A stretch of DNA of 64,000 nucleotides. Source: a virus. Both the position numbers and the translations under genes were made by a program. The notes beneath the pieces are model-generated. The model was given only the letters and a program-made list of their open reading frames with translations. It did no database searches and was not told the origin of the DNA. Shown here one piece after another: positions 31,101-38,286 of this stretch (position 1 is the first letter of the stretch; every line of letters begins with the position of its first letter). The DNA is taken from positions 32,001 to 96,000 of the IMG/VR virus record IMGVR_UViG_3300046820_001062. One strand, given 5' to 3'.

Positions 31101-31128
31101 CACTTGTATTTGTAAAATTCTCGCTCAT
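25132..31128 (-). CDS. Muzzle / tail stabilisation protein (P22 gp10-like position) with inserted FN3-like, VWA and Ig/PKD-like domains (1998 aa)
   Basis: Starts with NAFNKGMVKD, typical of tail-stabilisation beta-propeller proteins. Ends with WTISY...WISFHDW.P and FNQFWD. Lies after the ring/tubular genes and before the cargo genes as in crAss-like phages. VWA MIDAS-like DLVFVLDITGSMG at ~26742-26704. Confidence 0.8.
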   Translation of the reverse strand: MSENFTNTSAAKTNAFNKGMVKDYTDIYISEGLWTNAVNAINNAHYGETGSIGNEPSNKFCVNATYDVIGISHKSKTSWVIFSTNDVSSEIGIFDERDCSYTKVVNDPCLGFKKTHLITAVTKENYDCTYSTYFQDNLNPDRVLNLDRVPYKTTGNNLSQDEDCFIPEYTTELDCDAIRLHPLVTQPCVTVKKAQGAGQLNNGSYMAVVAYSENGIRLTDYSIPSQPQALWDHTGIGGALDITIENLDKDYDEYELVVIAVINQQTIAKKIGNYSIRQTSVHLDLYNQSLPTVELAVIPLKSVVYEKSEKMHSVNNYLIRTGVTTQPYFNYQKQANDIKVEWVAAQYPSSYYHNGGNVTGYMRDEVYAFFIRWVYKTGARSASFHIPGRLATPADTASVSTSDVVYSNETQVWQVYDTATKYLASGTTKDGGVIIAKGDMAYWESTEKYPDDKPEVWGTLCGKPIRHHKMPSNETIHIHSQGGDYIYNLGVQFSNIQHPVDEDLKAIKDIVGYEILRGSREGNRTIVAKGLFNNMFEFDIQGSTGRKGLFQNYPYNDIRPDNFLSNDYSILDEGKGSQSGVESASKLDTHKRNYLSFHAVETNFVKPYIGSNYVKIYTEERGKVIGKFEYPHKHPKHVILTDGAFVTAGIIGLGIALVAAVGKTTYTAKNDPWALALGTGAYLGGAEASRESGPASAIGDLILGGATSALSVWGSGSVATTIAGIAVMIASGAYYWGQGTDQVLEIFRKLGKERQYMLQYNSHGFYDSYSPVSNSSVPSGLPRAFRRKVADSGAKYIGSGIHDFDATYRINNLNRNKYVAVKLTSDLPDVSSTTDNTKHRVQDGGIDRSNPVKDSITTNTVAYYGALKVDFENQYGQLSSIVQLPTDSCIYSTTPQLITKYNTSVIFGGDIYINRYTEKNPYMFFNTWMFDMPNTTEYNYRNYVNGPAPRYWIDYDKFDTTDFDMNISLGGFLGIVPQLNFTTPSSFHRMDRAGGTGTWTLRKCFAYLFHNGIRDFYTESELNMAFRDYGEEDFQKFYDVYGNSFNDEQLMFRSDLITKPIYNKYDLSLSTSKLFNNFATWGQILPRDYDPTIYSTCFEYYPKRGVYSLQQQSGLKRDNWRNFLPLNYKDFGGKISTIKSLNGTGAVILFENAEPTQFVGVDQLQTKGGVKITIGDGGLFQQNMQSLTNADDALEYGACISSRSAVNTPHGLFYASQKSGKIMHYAGSLDEISRNGMKFWFAENLPSELLRQYPDYPLYDNPVAGIGVQSIYDPQYELVYFTKKDYVPLRSDLHFDDPSGVPYYICGTTGGGSTPSECVPTQITSMTVGGLNEDGTVTVDWSHPTLASNQENPQQYLIQIWLGTYDSFMGDYTYSTFMKGETLSYPANTYTIPSTINYFSGSVPQSETLNLDSHYKISVTPVYSCGETPSISLQGTLGEISVAGRPAMMLMAEEPVFCTAPLDLVFVLDITGSMGGVLNNLKTSISNIAADAVTKSNNDYRFGLITVNQTCALDNVVRHSMSANNITAFNAALQAVTLGNGCNEPEPTDVGIQMAVDGDAGTFRTDAIKLIIMITDARPSGTDDYYVVGQDDVNAQTIANNAAAADIKIFPIATGVGVTSPSVAPTISLIHDIYANTTGGTKSQAATGIVGSIISDTILNVPCPPVTLECTFDSVPYVINEGESINLTWSVTGNPDSVTLMPGNYTVNPVDSMIVTPTATTTYSLISVRGDQSTICELEVIVNKPTIIKCPCAYDDPKCFKPCGWTISYDPKQKLWISFHDWKPSLLMPSHEHFFTIKGRGFWKHNDRWDSFANYYGVDYPWEVEYPVTTPNNITTLRSIEYTLDVYKFFNDGKDFNHILDENFDRAIIHNSEQMSGLLKLKLKGKNNPLDLVNYPQATTTGIDILYSKEENRFRFNQFWDVTKDRGEFSGNDTPMWITKCSGYERTINPDYVNYFKTPTEHKKFRHYGNKVILRKNVSGDKKMILKLTNSKHLNSSR

Positions 31129-31499
31129 TACTCTTTGATGTTGTAATTTTTCTGACGTAATACTTTATAAATTGTCTCAGTCAAGTGACCAACTAACCAT
31201 GCAGTAGATTCTTCATCTGTGATGTTAATGTCAGTTAATATTCTAACTGCTAAATGGTATACCTCATGTGATATAAGATTGATTGTAAGTTTATCTTCTT
31301 CATATACAATGTAGTATTCTAAACCATTTTTACCAGGCATATCAAACACACATCCATAACTATCTGTAACATCAACTAATGACTTAGTTTTTTTATCAAT
31401 ATAGTCTTGCATATCCTGCATGCTTTCTACAACACGTAGATTTACTACTGCATCATAAATAGCAAGGTTTATTTTTTTTTTAAATATTTTTGCAGCCAT
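31128..31499 (-). CDS. Small HExxH metallopeptidase-like protein (123 aa)
   Basis: LISHEVYHL followed by DEESTAWLVGHL, a zincin-type HExxH plus downstream Glu. TAATG-coupled to both neighbours. Confidence 0.55.
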   Translation of the reverse strand: MAAKIFKKKINLAIYDAVVNLRVVESMQDMQDYIDKKTKSLVDVTDSYGCVFDMPGKNGLEYYIVYEEDKLTINLISHEVYHLAVRILTDINITDEESTAWLVGHLTETIYKVLRQKNYNIKE

Positions 31500-32599
31500 T
31501 AGATATTGCTCTTAAACATGTTATAGTAATTATGATACTGAGCTTTTCTATTTAACTCCCACGTTTTCTTTAGTTCTCTAAAGTCTGGTGTGTTGATAAA
31601 TGATAAAGCGTTGTTTCTAGCCACTCTTAGTTTTTGTTCTACTAATTGTAGATAGTTAATGACATTCTCTCCAGACATATATAAGTTTTCATATATTCTC
31701 TGTTTTAATGCATACTCATAAAATTCATTTACTAATGGATGTTCCATAACCAAAAGGTTACCTTTGTCATCCTCCATTAAACTTTGATAATTAATATATA
31801 CAACACCCTCATCAAAGTTTGTAACTAAAAATCCATTTTTGATATAAGCTACATTTGGATCATGACTATTCAAATTAAAACAATCAGCAGATACTGATTT
31901 GCTTTTTTCTATTCTTAAAGGAATCAAATGTGAATGCTCATATCTTCTTCCATTTAGATTATATGCTACAACTTTTTTACCACTTGCATCACTTACAATT
32001 TCAGCACTAGTTCCGCCACTTGTTGTAGCAATAGTGTTACCACCCATAACTACAAGTCTAACTTCTGTAATTACTTCATTTGATTCAGAAATTAACTCAA
32101 AACTATTATTGTCTAGATGATGAATTTCAAATGACAATAAGTTTCCATCCACGCTTAATGCTTGAACTAATATATTTGCTGTACCAATATTGTGGTTAAT
32201 AACGTTGATTCCAGGAAGAATATTTCTAATAACGCTGTATTGTCTTACATTACTACCTCCTGTTAACTTGAACATTTTTTGTGCAAGAAGAACACCTTCT
32301 AACATTCCCTCTGTATATGTCTTAGCTCTTTCTTGTAAATAGTATGAGTTATGGCCTTCACATACAAGAGCAAAGTTTAAAACATAAAAGTCTTGTGGTA
32401 ATTTACCTTTACCTTTATGTATCTCAATTGCTTTTGAACGTGACTGATTAACTTTAAGACCTAACTCATAGTTTACTTTCATAGCAACTTTGATTAGTTG
32501 CTGTGGATCTATTGAACTTTCTAAGTCATAAGTTCGCATGTCTATCTTGACACTCTCAAGTAGTTCATCAAATTCTTTATATTGTACTTCAGTCAACAT
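31499..32599 (-). CDS. Tail ring / tubular protein (366 aa)
   Basis: Position before the muzzle. Contains GKGKLPQDF and YIKNGFLVTNFDEGVVYINYQSL...DDKGNLLV, consistent with crAss-like ring proteins. Contains an internal ~100-aa beta-rich insertion. Confidence 0.62.
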   Translation of the reverse strand: MLTEVQYKEFDELLESVKIDMRTYDLESSIDPQQLIKVAMKVNYELGLKVNQSRSKAIEIHKGKGKLPQDFYVLNFALVCEGHNSYYLQERAKTYTEGMLEGVLLAQKMFKLTGGSNVRQYSVIRNILPGINVINHNIGTANILVQALSVDGNLLSFEIHHLDNNSFELISESNEVITEVRLVVMGGNTIATTSGGTSAEIVSDASGKKVVAYNLNGRRYEHSHLIPLRIEKSKSVSADCFNLNSHDPNVAYIKNGFLVTNFDEGVVYINYQSLMEDDKGNLLVMEHPLVNEFYEYALKQRIYENLYMSGENVINYLQLVEQKLRVARNNALSFINTPDFRELKKTWELNRKAQYHNYYNMFKSNI

Positions 32600-32613
32600 A
32601 GCGTTTATATTAA

Positions 32614-33285
32614 TTATCTAGCTGTGTGTTTAAGATCTTGTGCAGCATCTTGTGGAACTTGCATCATCAATCCTAAATCTCTCATAGCTAATTGTTCAAT
32701 TTCTGGGAATAAATGTTCAGGTACATTGTAAGGACTATCTTGAACATACTGACAGTCATCAGCTGGGTCACAGTTATACTTAGAGATATCTCCTTCAAAT
32801 ACACCTTCAATTCTTACAGCATCCCACTCTAAATTTGGAAAATATAAGTAACCATCTAAGTACCAATAGTATTTTTTCTTATTGTACTTAAATGTTTTTT
32901 GCCTTTCCATTTGTTGATATGTAGTAGGATATGTACTTGTTAAGTCTTCTGATAAATCTAATGAGGTAACTGCTCTAATCAAAGGTCCCCAGTAACCATC
33001 ATAAAGTTCAGGTAACTTATCTTTTGTTCTTTTAAAATAACAACCTGTATCAATACCAACACATTGAGCTTGTGCTCTATCTACTTCAATCAACTCTACA
33101 AAATCTAGAGTCTGAAACACAGATTGATATTTCATGATGCGATTCAAGTTATCTTGTCTACGCATCAATAATTTTGCATGTTTATTAACAAGAGAATACA
33201 AGAAACGGTCAGTCAGGAAAGCATCCTGCTTAACAGCTTTTACTTGGTTACGCACCCTTGATAATACTTCACCTATTGTAATCAT
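32614..33285 (-). CDS. Tail ring/adaptor protein (223 aa)
   Basis: Helical N-terminus (TIGEVLSRVRNQVK...LTDRFLY) and YYWYLDGYLYFPN...VRIEGVFE, typical of crAss-like ring proteins. Confidence 0.6.
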   Translation of the reverse strand: MITIGEVLSRVRNQVKAVKQDAFLTDRFLYSLVNKHAKLLMRRQDNLNRIMKYQSVFQTLDFVELIEVDRAQAQCVGIDTGCYFKRTKDKLPELYDGYWGPLIRAVTSLDLSEDLTSTYPTTYQQMERQKTFKYNKKKYYWYLDGYLYFPNLEWDAVRIEGVFEGDISKYNCDPADDCQYVQDSPYNVPEHLFPEIEQLAMRDLGLMMQVPQDAAQDLKHTAR

Positions 33286-33288
33286 TTG

Positions 33289-33870
33289 TTATAGTTCAAA
33301 TTCGTTATACATTGATATGTCTTGTTCAACTTGCTCAGTCTTGAAAGATTCATATCCTTTAGTTCTGAACATGCTTGATATTTTAATTTTAGGATCAATC
33401 TCCACATATTGCTTCCATTTCTCAGGATATGTTTTGCTGACCATTCTTTTAAATGCTCTTGTAGGTTTGAATCCCCAAAGTTCATGATTCTTAAACCTAT
33501 ACTTTGTACCATAGGTTGTGTAAAAAATCTTTGCTAAATGTTGATCACTTTCCCAGTTGCGAAACTCTATGACTTTCATATATTGAGCACTGGTCTTGTA
33601 GTCAACATTAGGACTACGCTTTGGTTGACAAGTTCCTATGAAGAGATGTCCTATTTGCTCAGGAATCTCAACACCATCTCTGTTTTCAATCACAGTAGAC
33701 CAAAGATTTGTGTTGAACGTGTGAATGATTTTCTTCACATCAGCAGCACTTAGGTCTTTTGCAGAAGGTACTTTTTGCTTTAGTAACTCAATAAATTCTG
33801 AGTTTAAAGTTCCTTCAGCACTGGGTCTGAAACGAGGCGCATTGAGATTTGGTTTTCTTGCATCTTTCAT
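33289..33870 (-). CDS. HU/IHF-like DNA-binding protein with C-terminal extension (193 aa)
   Basis: Helix-helix (LNSEFIELLK...DVKKIIHTFNTNLWSTV) followed by G-V-E-I-P-x-x-I-G-H-L, an HU-like arrangement. crAss-like phages carry an IHF-like gene in this module. Confidence 0.55.
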   Translation of the reverse strand: MKDARKPNLNAPRFRPSAEGTLNSEFIELLKQKVPSAKDLSAADVKKIIHTFNTNLWSTVIENRDGVEIPEQIGHLFIGTCQPKRSPNVDYKTSAQYMKVIEFRNWESDQHLAKIFYTTYGTKYRFKNHELWGFKPTRAFKRMVSKTYPEKWKQYVEIDPKIKISSMFRTKGYESFKTEQVEQDISMYNEFEL

Positions 33871-33932
33871 ATGATACCTACAATAAGAATTTACTAAATT
33901 TTTGGGACATTATAAAGAACTTCTTTGATTAA

Positions 33933-35279
33933 TTAGACTGTATATGTAAATTCACTTATCAATCCTTTGCTTGAATCATGAATGTGCATAATAGCTGAAC
34001 GCGTATTTCCCACATATTTGTTGTGGTAATGGTAATAATCAGAAGAAGTTAAGGCAGGTATAATTCTAGTAACAAAGCCATTTTGTTCATTTTCAGTCAC
34101 AAACTGTGTTGTTTTACGTCCATGATAATGACCTGTGTAAAGCATTCTATATTTAGAAGATCCCCATTCATTTGGAAATTCAACAGCATATACTAATGGA
34201 TTATTCTTAGCAGTCACGTCCCCATGTTCAAAACAAAGCATGTTTAAACCATAAGTTAATACCTTTCTCTCTGCATAGGTAACATTAAAATCTATATCTT
34301 CCCAAGTCTTAAATGCTTGAGAAACAGCATGTAGCAAATGGAATGAACTAAGTCTGTCATGGTTACCTGGAATAAACAATACCTCAAGTTTCTCACAAAA
34401 CTGTTTAGCTGTTCCAATTGCCTGGCAGATACCATCAAAAGCTTTAATGTAAGCTTCAGTTGCCATCTCTGAGTTCTCTACTGGAGTTCCCTTTGTAGTT
34501 GTACCACCAAAGGTGTCCATATTAAGTGTATCTGGGCCTATTACAAAGACTATCTTCTCTAAGACATAGTTTCTATTAGCTTTGTCAATTAAGTAGCTTA
34601 CAGAGTCATTTAAGATCTCTGCCATGTCTTCGTTCCCTACTTTACCAAAGTGAAGATCCTGTAAAGAAAGAACCCCACAAACTTTTTCTTGAGAACTTGT
34701 GTTCTGCCAAAAAGCTGCAGGGTCTAATGGAGTTATTTGTGGAACCTGATATGTTTCAAGTAACTCTAAAAATGTACTTTGTATTTTTTCTTCTTGTGGT
34801 ACTCTGCTTACTAGCGCAGATACTAACCACTTGGTTCCTTTTTCTTTATTCCAGTATTGAGATAGTTTCCACTTCTTTGTGTCTATCTTCAGTAATGCAA
34901 TAATTTCTTCAGCACTACGCGGCTCTGTTGCAGACAGGCCAACAATCTTACTGGTTCCTGATTCCAAGTCTTCATGAATTTCAATTCTCTTAGAATCTTC
35001 TTCTTTATTGTGCCATCTGTCTTTAGCATCAATTCCTAGTTGTTGTTCTAGTTCAAATAAAATTTCTTCATTTGATGCAACATCTGATTTTTTTGTTAAC
35101 TTTGCTTCAACCATTTTAATGATGACAGAATCTATTTTTGAACCTGCTTCATTTAAAACTTTGATTACTTCTTCTTTTATCTTTTGGTAATAAGATAGTG
35201 AAATACCTAGTCTTTGAGCTTCAGCTTCTGCTGACTTTTTTCTTTTTAAGCTATGGTATACTGATGATATAATATTCAT
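33933..35279 (-). CDS. Calcineurin-like metallophosphoesterase with N-terminal HTH-like region (448 aa)
   Basis: All five motifs are present: QDLHFG, GPDTLNMD, PGNHD, EHGD, GHYH. Confidence 0.85.
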   Translation of the reverse strand: MNIISSVYHSLKRKKSAEAEAQRLGISLSYYQKIKEEVIKVLNEAGSKIDSVIIKMVEAKLTKKSDVASNEEILFELEQQLGIDAKDRWHNKEEDSKRIEIHEDLESGTSKIVGLSATEPRSAEEIIALLKIDTKKWKLSQYWNKEKGTKWLVSALVSRVPQEEKIQSTFLELLETYQVPQITPLDPAAFWQNTSSQEKVCGVLSLQDLHFGKVGNEDMAEILNDSVSYLIDKANRNYVLEKIVFVIGPDTLNMDTFGGTTTKGTPVENSEMATEAYIKAFDGICQAIGTAKQFCEKLEVLFIPGNHDRLSSFHLLHAVSQAFKTWEDIDFNVTYAERKVLTYGLNMLCFEHGDVTAKNNPLVYAVEFPNEWGSSKYRMLYTGHYHGRKTTQFVTENEQNGFVTRIIPALTSSDYYHYHNKYVGNTRSAIMHIHDSSKGLISEFTYTV

Positions 35280-35431
35280 AGGTTATTTTTTGTATGGTTA
35301 AACTAAGCAAAAATAGGAAATTAATTTATTATTTCTTAGAAATGCAATGGTTTTTAAAAAGATACCCCCAGCTTTCGCCAGGGGCACTTCTCTAACAAGC
35401 AGGAAAACCAACAAACCTACTTATCAAATTT

Positions 35432-36202
35432 TTAGATTATAATAGTATCTACAGTGTTATCATGCCCTGTAACTGCTGCTGAACAAATATCTGCTCCAGA
35501 AGCAAAATAAGCACCTTGTGAGCAAGCATTGATGCTTCCATAATTAGTACCAGCAGCCACAAGAACTGTAAATGATTGTGTCGTAGTATTAGTACATCCT
35601 GCACCTCTTGAGGTCCAATAAACTTCAACATTAAAGTTAGTATCTACTGATACAGGAGCATCTAAAGAAACACTTGCACCCATGTGATCATCAATAGTGC
35701 CACCAATACAAGGTTCCATTGATCCATAAGCACCTATTACATTAATAGTAGTTCCTTCACCACAAGCACCATTAATAGTAAGTTCAGATTCATTACCTAA
35801 TATAACACTTCCTTCTCTAGCACAAAATGTAGTTGCATCGTATCCACTAACACCTCCAACAGTCACTTGTTGAATCTGACCTCCACAATCTATATAAGCT
35901 GTAGTTTGTGCTTGAGCTGAACTAGTTGATACTGTATAAGAAATACAGTTTTCAGCAGGACAATCTAATGCAGTGGCTACAGTTGATGCTGCAGTGCTCT
36001 GATCAGATTGATATTCTCCTGTAGGGCAATTTGTTTTTACTGTTACATTATATGATACTCCACATTCAATACCTGTTGTAATAACCACAGGTGAAGAAGA
36101 TGCCGTTGTACATGTTGGAGTACCACCAGTTGTAGGAACATAACAAACTTCATAGCTTGTTATTCCAGGTACTGGTGTGAAATTTACTGTTAATTGTGCC
36201 AT
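35432..36202 (-). CDS. Cys-rich fibre tip protein with N-terminal FN3-like domain lacking strand A (256 aa)
   Basis: MAQLTVNFTPV...YEVCY...GIECGVSYNVTVKTNC is FN3-like. C-terminal beta-rich domain follows. Confidence 0.55.
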   Translation of the reverse strand: MAQLTVNFTPVPGITSYEVCYVPTTGGTPTCTTASSSPVVITTGIECGVSYNVTVKTNCPTGEYQSDQSTAASTVATALDCPAENCISYTVSTSSAQAQTTAYIDCGGQIQQVTVGGVSGYDATTFCAREGSVILGNESELTINGACGEGTTINVIGAYGSMEPCIGGTIDDHMGASVSLDAPVSVDTNFNVEVYWTSRGAGCTNTTTQSFTVLVAAGTNYGSINACSQGAYFASGADICSAAVTGHDNTVDTIII

Positions 36203-36227
36203 ATTAATATGATTTTTTATAATTCTT

Positions 36228-36761
36228 TTAAGATACTACAGCTGATAGATTTGTTGGTGCAGGACATGCAGGTGCGTCATTAATTGTAACTGAACCTGAA
36301 CAGTTTGCAACATTAGTACCAACAGCAATAGTAAAACTATAGTTGTAAGTAACACCATAATCACCTACAAAATTTATTACAGTTCCTGTAGGTCCTTCAG
36401 CAACATTATATGGAGCTTGTCCATCAACGTTAATGTCGCCAGAATAGATAGCATCTCCTGTCAAATCAGGAAAACCAAGAGTTACATTTCTACCTTCTAC
36501 AAATTCTCCAACACTTGGACAAACTGCTTTACCAGCTTGAACATCTGTTGAATCTGTAGGACCACCAACTTCACATAAATTTACAATTTGATAAGTATAT
36601 AATACATTATCTAATGCAGTAGTATCTGAATAGTTAGAGGTAGCAGCGGGTAAAACAGAGCTGATATCTGCAAAAGAACCAGCTCCTGATTTTCTTTGAA
36701 CTTTCTGACCTGTACTGTTTGCATCATTTACAGGTGTCCATGAAAGATTTATTGTTGCCAT
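36228..36761 (-). CDS. FN3/Ig-like fibre protein (177 aa), C-terminus CPAPTNLSAVVS
   Basis: MATINLSWTPV...LDNVLYTYQIVNLC is an FN3 core. A second Ig-like domain follows, then a terminal FN3 A-strand-like peptide. Confidence 0.6.
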   Translation of the reverse strand: MATINLSWTPVNDANSTGQKVQRKSGAGSFADISSVLPAATSNYSDTTALDNVLYTYQIVNLCEVGGPTDSTDVQAGKAVCPSVGEFVEGRNVTLGFPDLTGDAIYSGDINVDGQAPYNVAEGPTGTVINFVGDYGVTYNYSFTIAVGTNVANCSGSVTINDAPACPAPTNLSAVVS

Positions 36762-36793
36762 TTTATTTTAATTTTTTATTTTAATTATTTTAG

Positions 36794-38257
36794 TTATGAA
36801 ACTGTTGCTGTTAAGTTTGTTGGTGCAGGACACTCTTCAGGAGGTCTACATGCATTTTTTACAAATGATATTTCTACAGTTGTAGATTCACCAAAGTTTT
36901 CACAAATTGTTTTAGCTTTAACTTTATATGTATCACCTGCAATTAATCCTAAACCAAAGAAGTTAGCACTTGCGGAACCTCCACCAGGTACACTTATAGT
37001 TTGGGTATCAACATCTACGTTACCACCTGTCACATGTACCAATGTAAACTGAATGCTTAATGCAGTTGGATCACTAACTGTAGCAGTTGCTGTAATTCCA
37101 CTTTCAGTTTTAGTACATACCTCTTCGTATCCTAAACCTGTTGGTACTGGACATTCAGATACACATTCTAAAGTTGTAGTTGAAGCAGTAATCCAAGCAG
37201 AATCACCACCTGTACATTTAGTTTTAACTCTTACATTATAGTTTGTTAATTGAGTCAAACCAGATACTGTAATTGTATTTGGACCACTAAGAGTAGTTGT
37301 CAACATTCCACCTGCAGTCCAGTTTGCAGAACCTGCAACTTGATATTCTAATGTTACATTAGGATTGCTAGGAATATGAGCTATATCTGCAACAAATGCT
37401 TCACAGTCTACATTAGTAATACTAAATTCTGGAGCAGGACAAGGAGCAGGACAAGCAATAACAGTAACAGGTAATGTTGTAACAACATCACAAAGACCAA
37501 ATGCACTATTTTTAGTTACTTTAACGATATAAGTGCCAGGAGCAACACCACCAAAGTTATACATATAACTAGATGACATACCTGTTGGTGTAAATGTGTG
37601 TGATTGTAAAACAACAGTAGGACTAGAAGTACTAACTAATTCAGCAAGTAAACTTGTAGCAGTACCATCATCAGAAAAAGAAACTTCAAATGAAGCACAT
37701 ACTAATGATCTACCAAAAATGTTTGTAATGGGATTACATGAAGTACATGATTCTGTTTCTTCTAATGCAGGGCATGGTGTTCCATCACATGATGCTGGAG
37801 TAGTAATGGTTCTTGTTCTAGTTCTAACTCCTCCTACACAATCTGACCAAGGACCCCAAGCAGATACAACACAGTTAACAGGCAAACAACATTCTCTAGT
37901 TTCTTCTAGATCAGGACAAGCTGCTCCACCATTTTGAGGTGCTTGAATAACTGTTCTTGTTCTAGTTTGAACACCATTTAAACATTCTGACCATTCAGAC
38001 CATGCTGATACCTCACAATCAACAACTGGAGGTGTACCATCGCAACAATCACAAAGTTTGTTTGCAATGATTTGCAATACTTGATTAAGATTAGCACCTG
38101 TAGTAATTCCAAGACATGGAATTGCAGGTCCTGTATATCTAACACATGTGTCAAGAACTATCTCTTCACATGGTTCTCCAGTACAATCTGGTGGTGCAGG
38201 AAGCTCAACACAAGGTTCTGGCTCGTTGCACTGATGACAATATTGATTAGGATACAT
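36794..38257 (-). CDS. Cys-rich fibre protein with two thrombospondin type-1 repeats and FN3-like domains (487 aa)
   Basis: Two repeats of C-x-VSAW-x-x-WS-x-C...QTRTRT/RTRTRT...CP-x-LEET-x-x-C (aa 80-123 and 128-171). FN3-like repeats follow (YNVRVKTKC, YKVKAKTIC). Ends CPAPTNLTATVS. Confidence 0.72.
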   Translation of the reverse strand: MYPNQYCHQCNEPEPCVELPAPPDCTGEPCEEIVLDTCVRYTGPAIPCLGITTGANLNQVLQIIANKLCDCCDGTPPVVDCEVSAWSEWSECLNGVQTRTRTVIQAPQNGGAACPDLEETRECCLPVNCVVSAWGPWSDCVGGVRTRTRTITTPASCDGTPCPALEETESCTSCNPITNIFGRSLVCASFEVSFSDDGTATSLLAELVSTSSPTVVLQSHTFTPTGMSSSYMYNFGGVAPGTYIVKVTKNSAFGLCDVVTTLPVTVIACPAPCPAPEFSITNVDCEAFVADIAHIPSNPNVTLEYQVAGSANWTAGGMLTTTLSGPNTITVSGLTQLTNYNVRVKTKCTGGDSAWITASTTTLECVSECPVPTGLGYEEVCTKTESGITATATVSDPTALSIQFTLVHVTGGNVDVDTQTISVPGGGSASANFFGLGLIAGDTYKVKAKTICENFGESTTVEISFVKNACRPPEECPAPTNLTATVS

Positions 38258-38286
38258 TATATTTTAAATTTTATTTGTTCTATTAA

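Noticed and set aside
36203-36793. Programmed readthrough fusing the FN3 fibre genes
   Set aside because: Adjacent genes are in different frames with 25-32 nt AT-rich gaps and their own leaders. No stimulatory structure is seen, although ribosomal hopping cannot be fully excluded.
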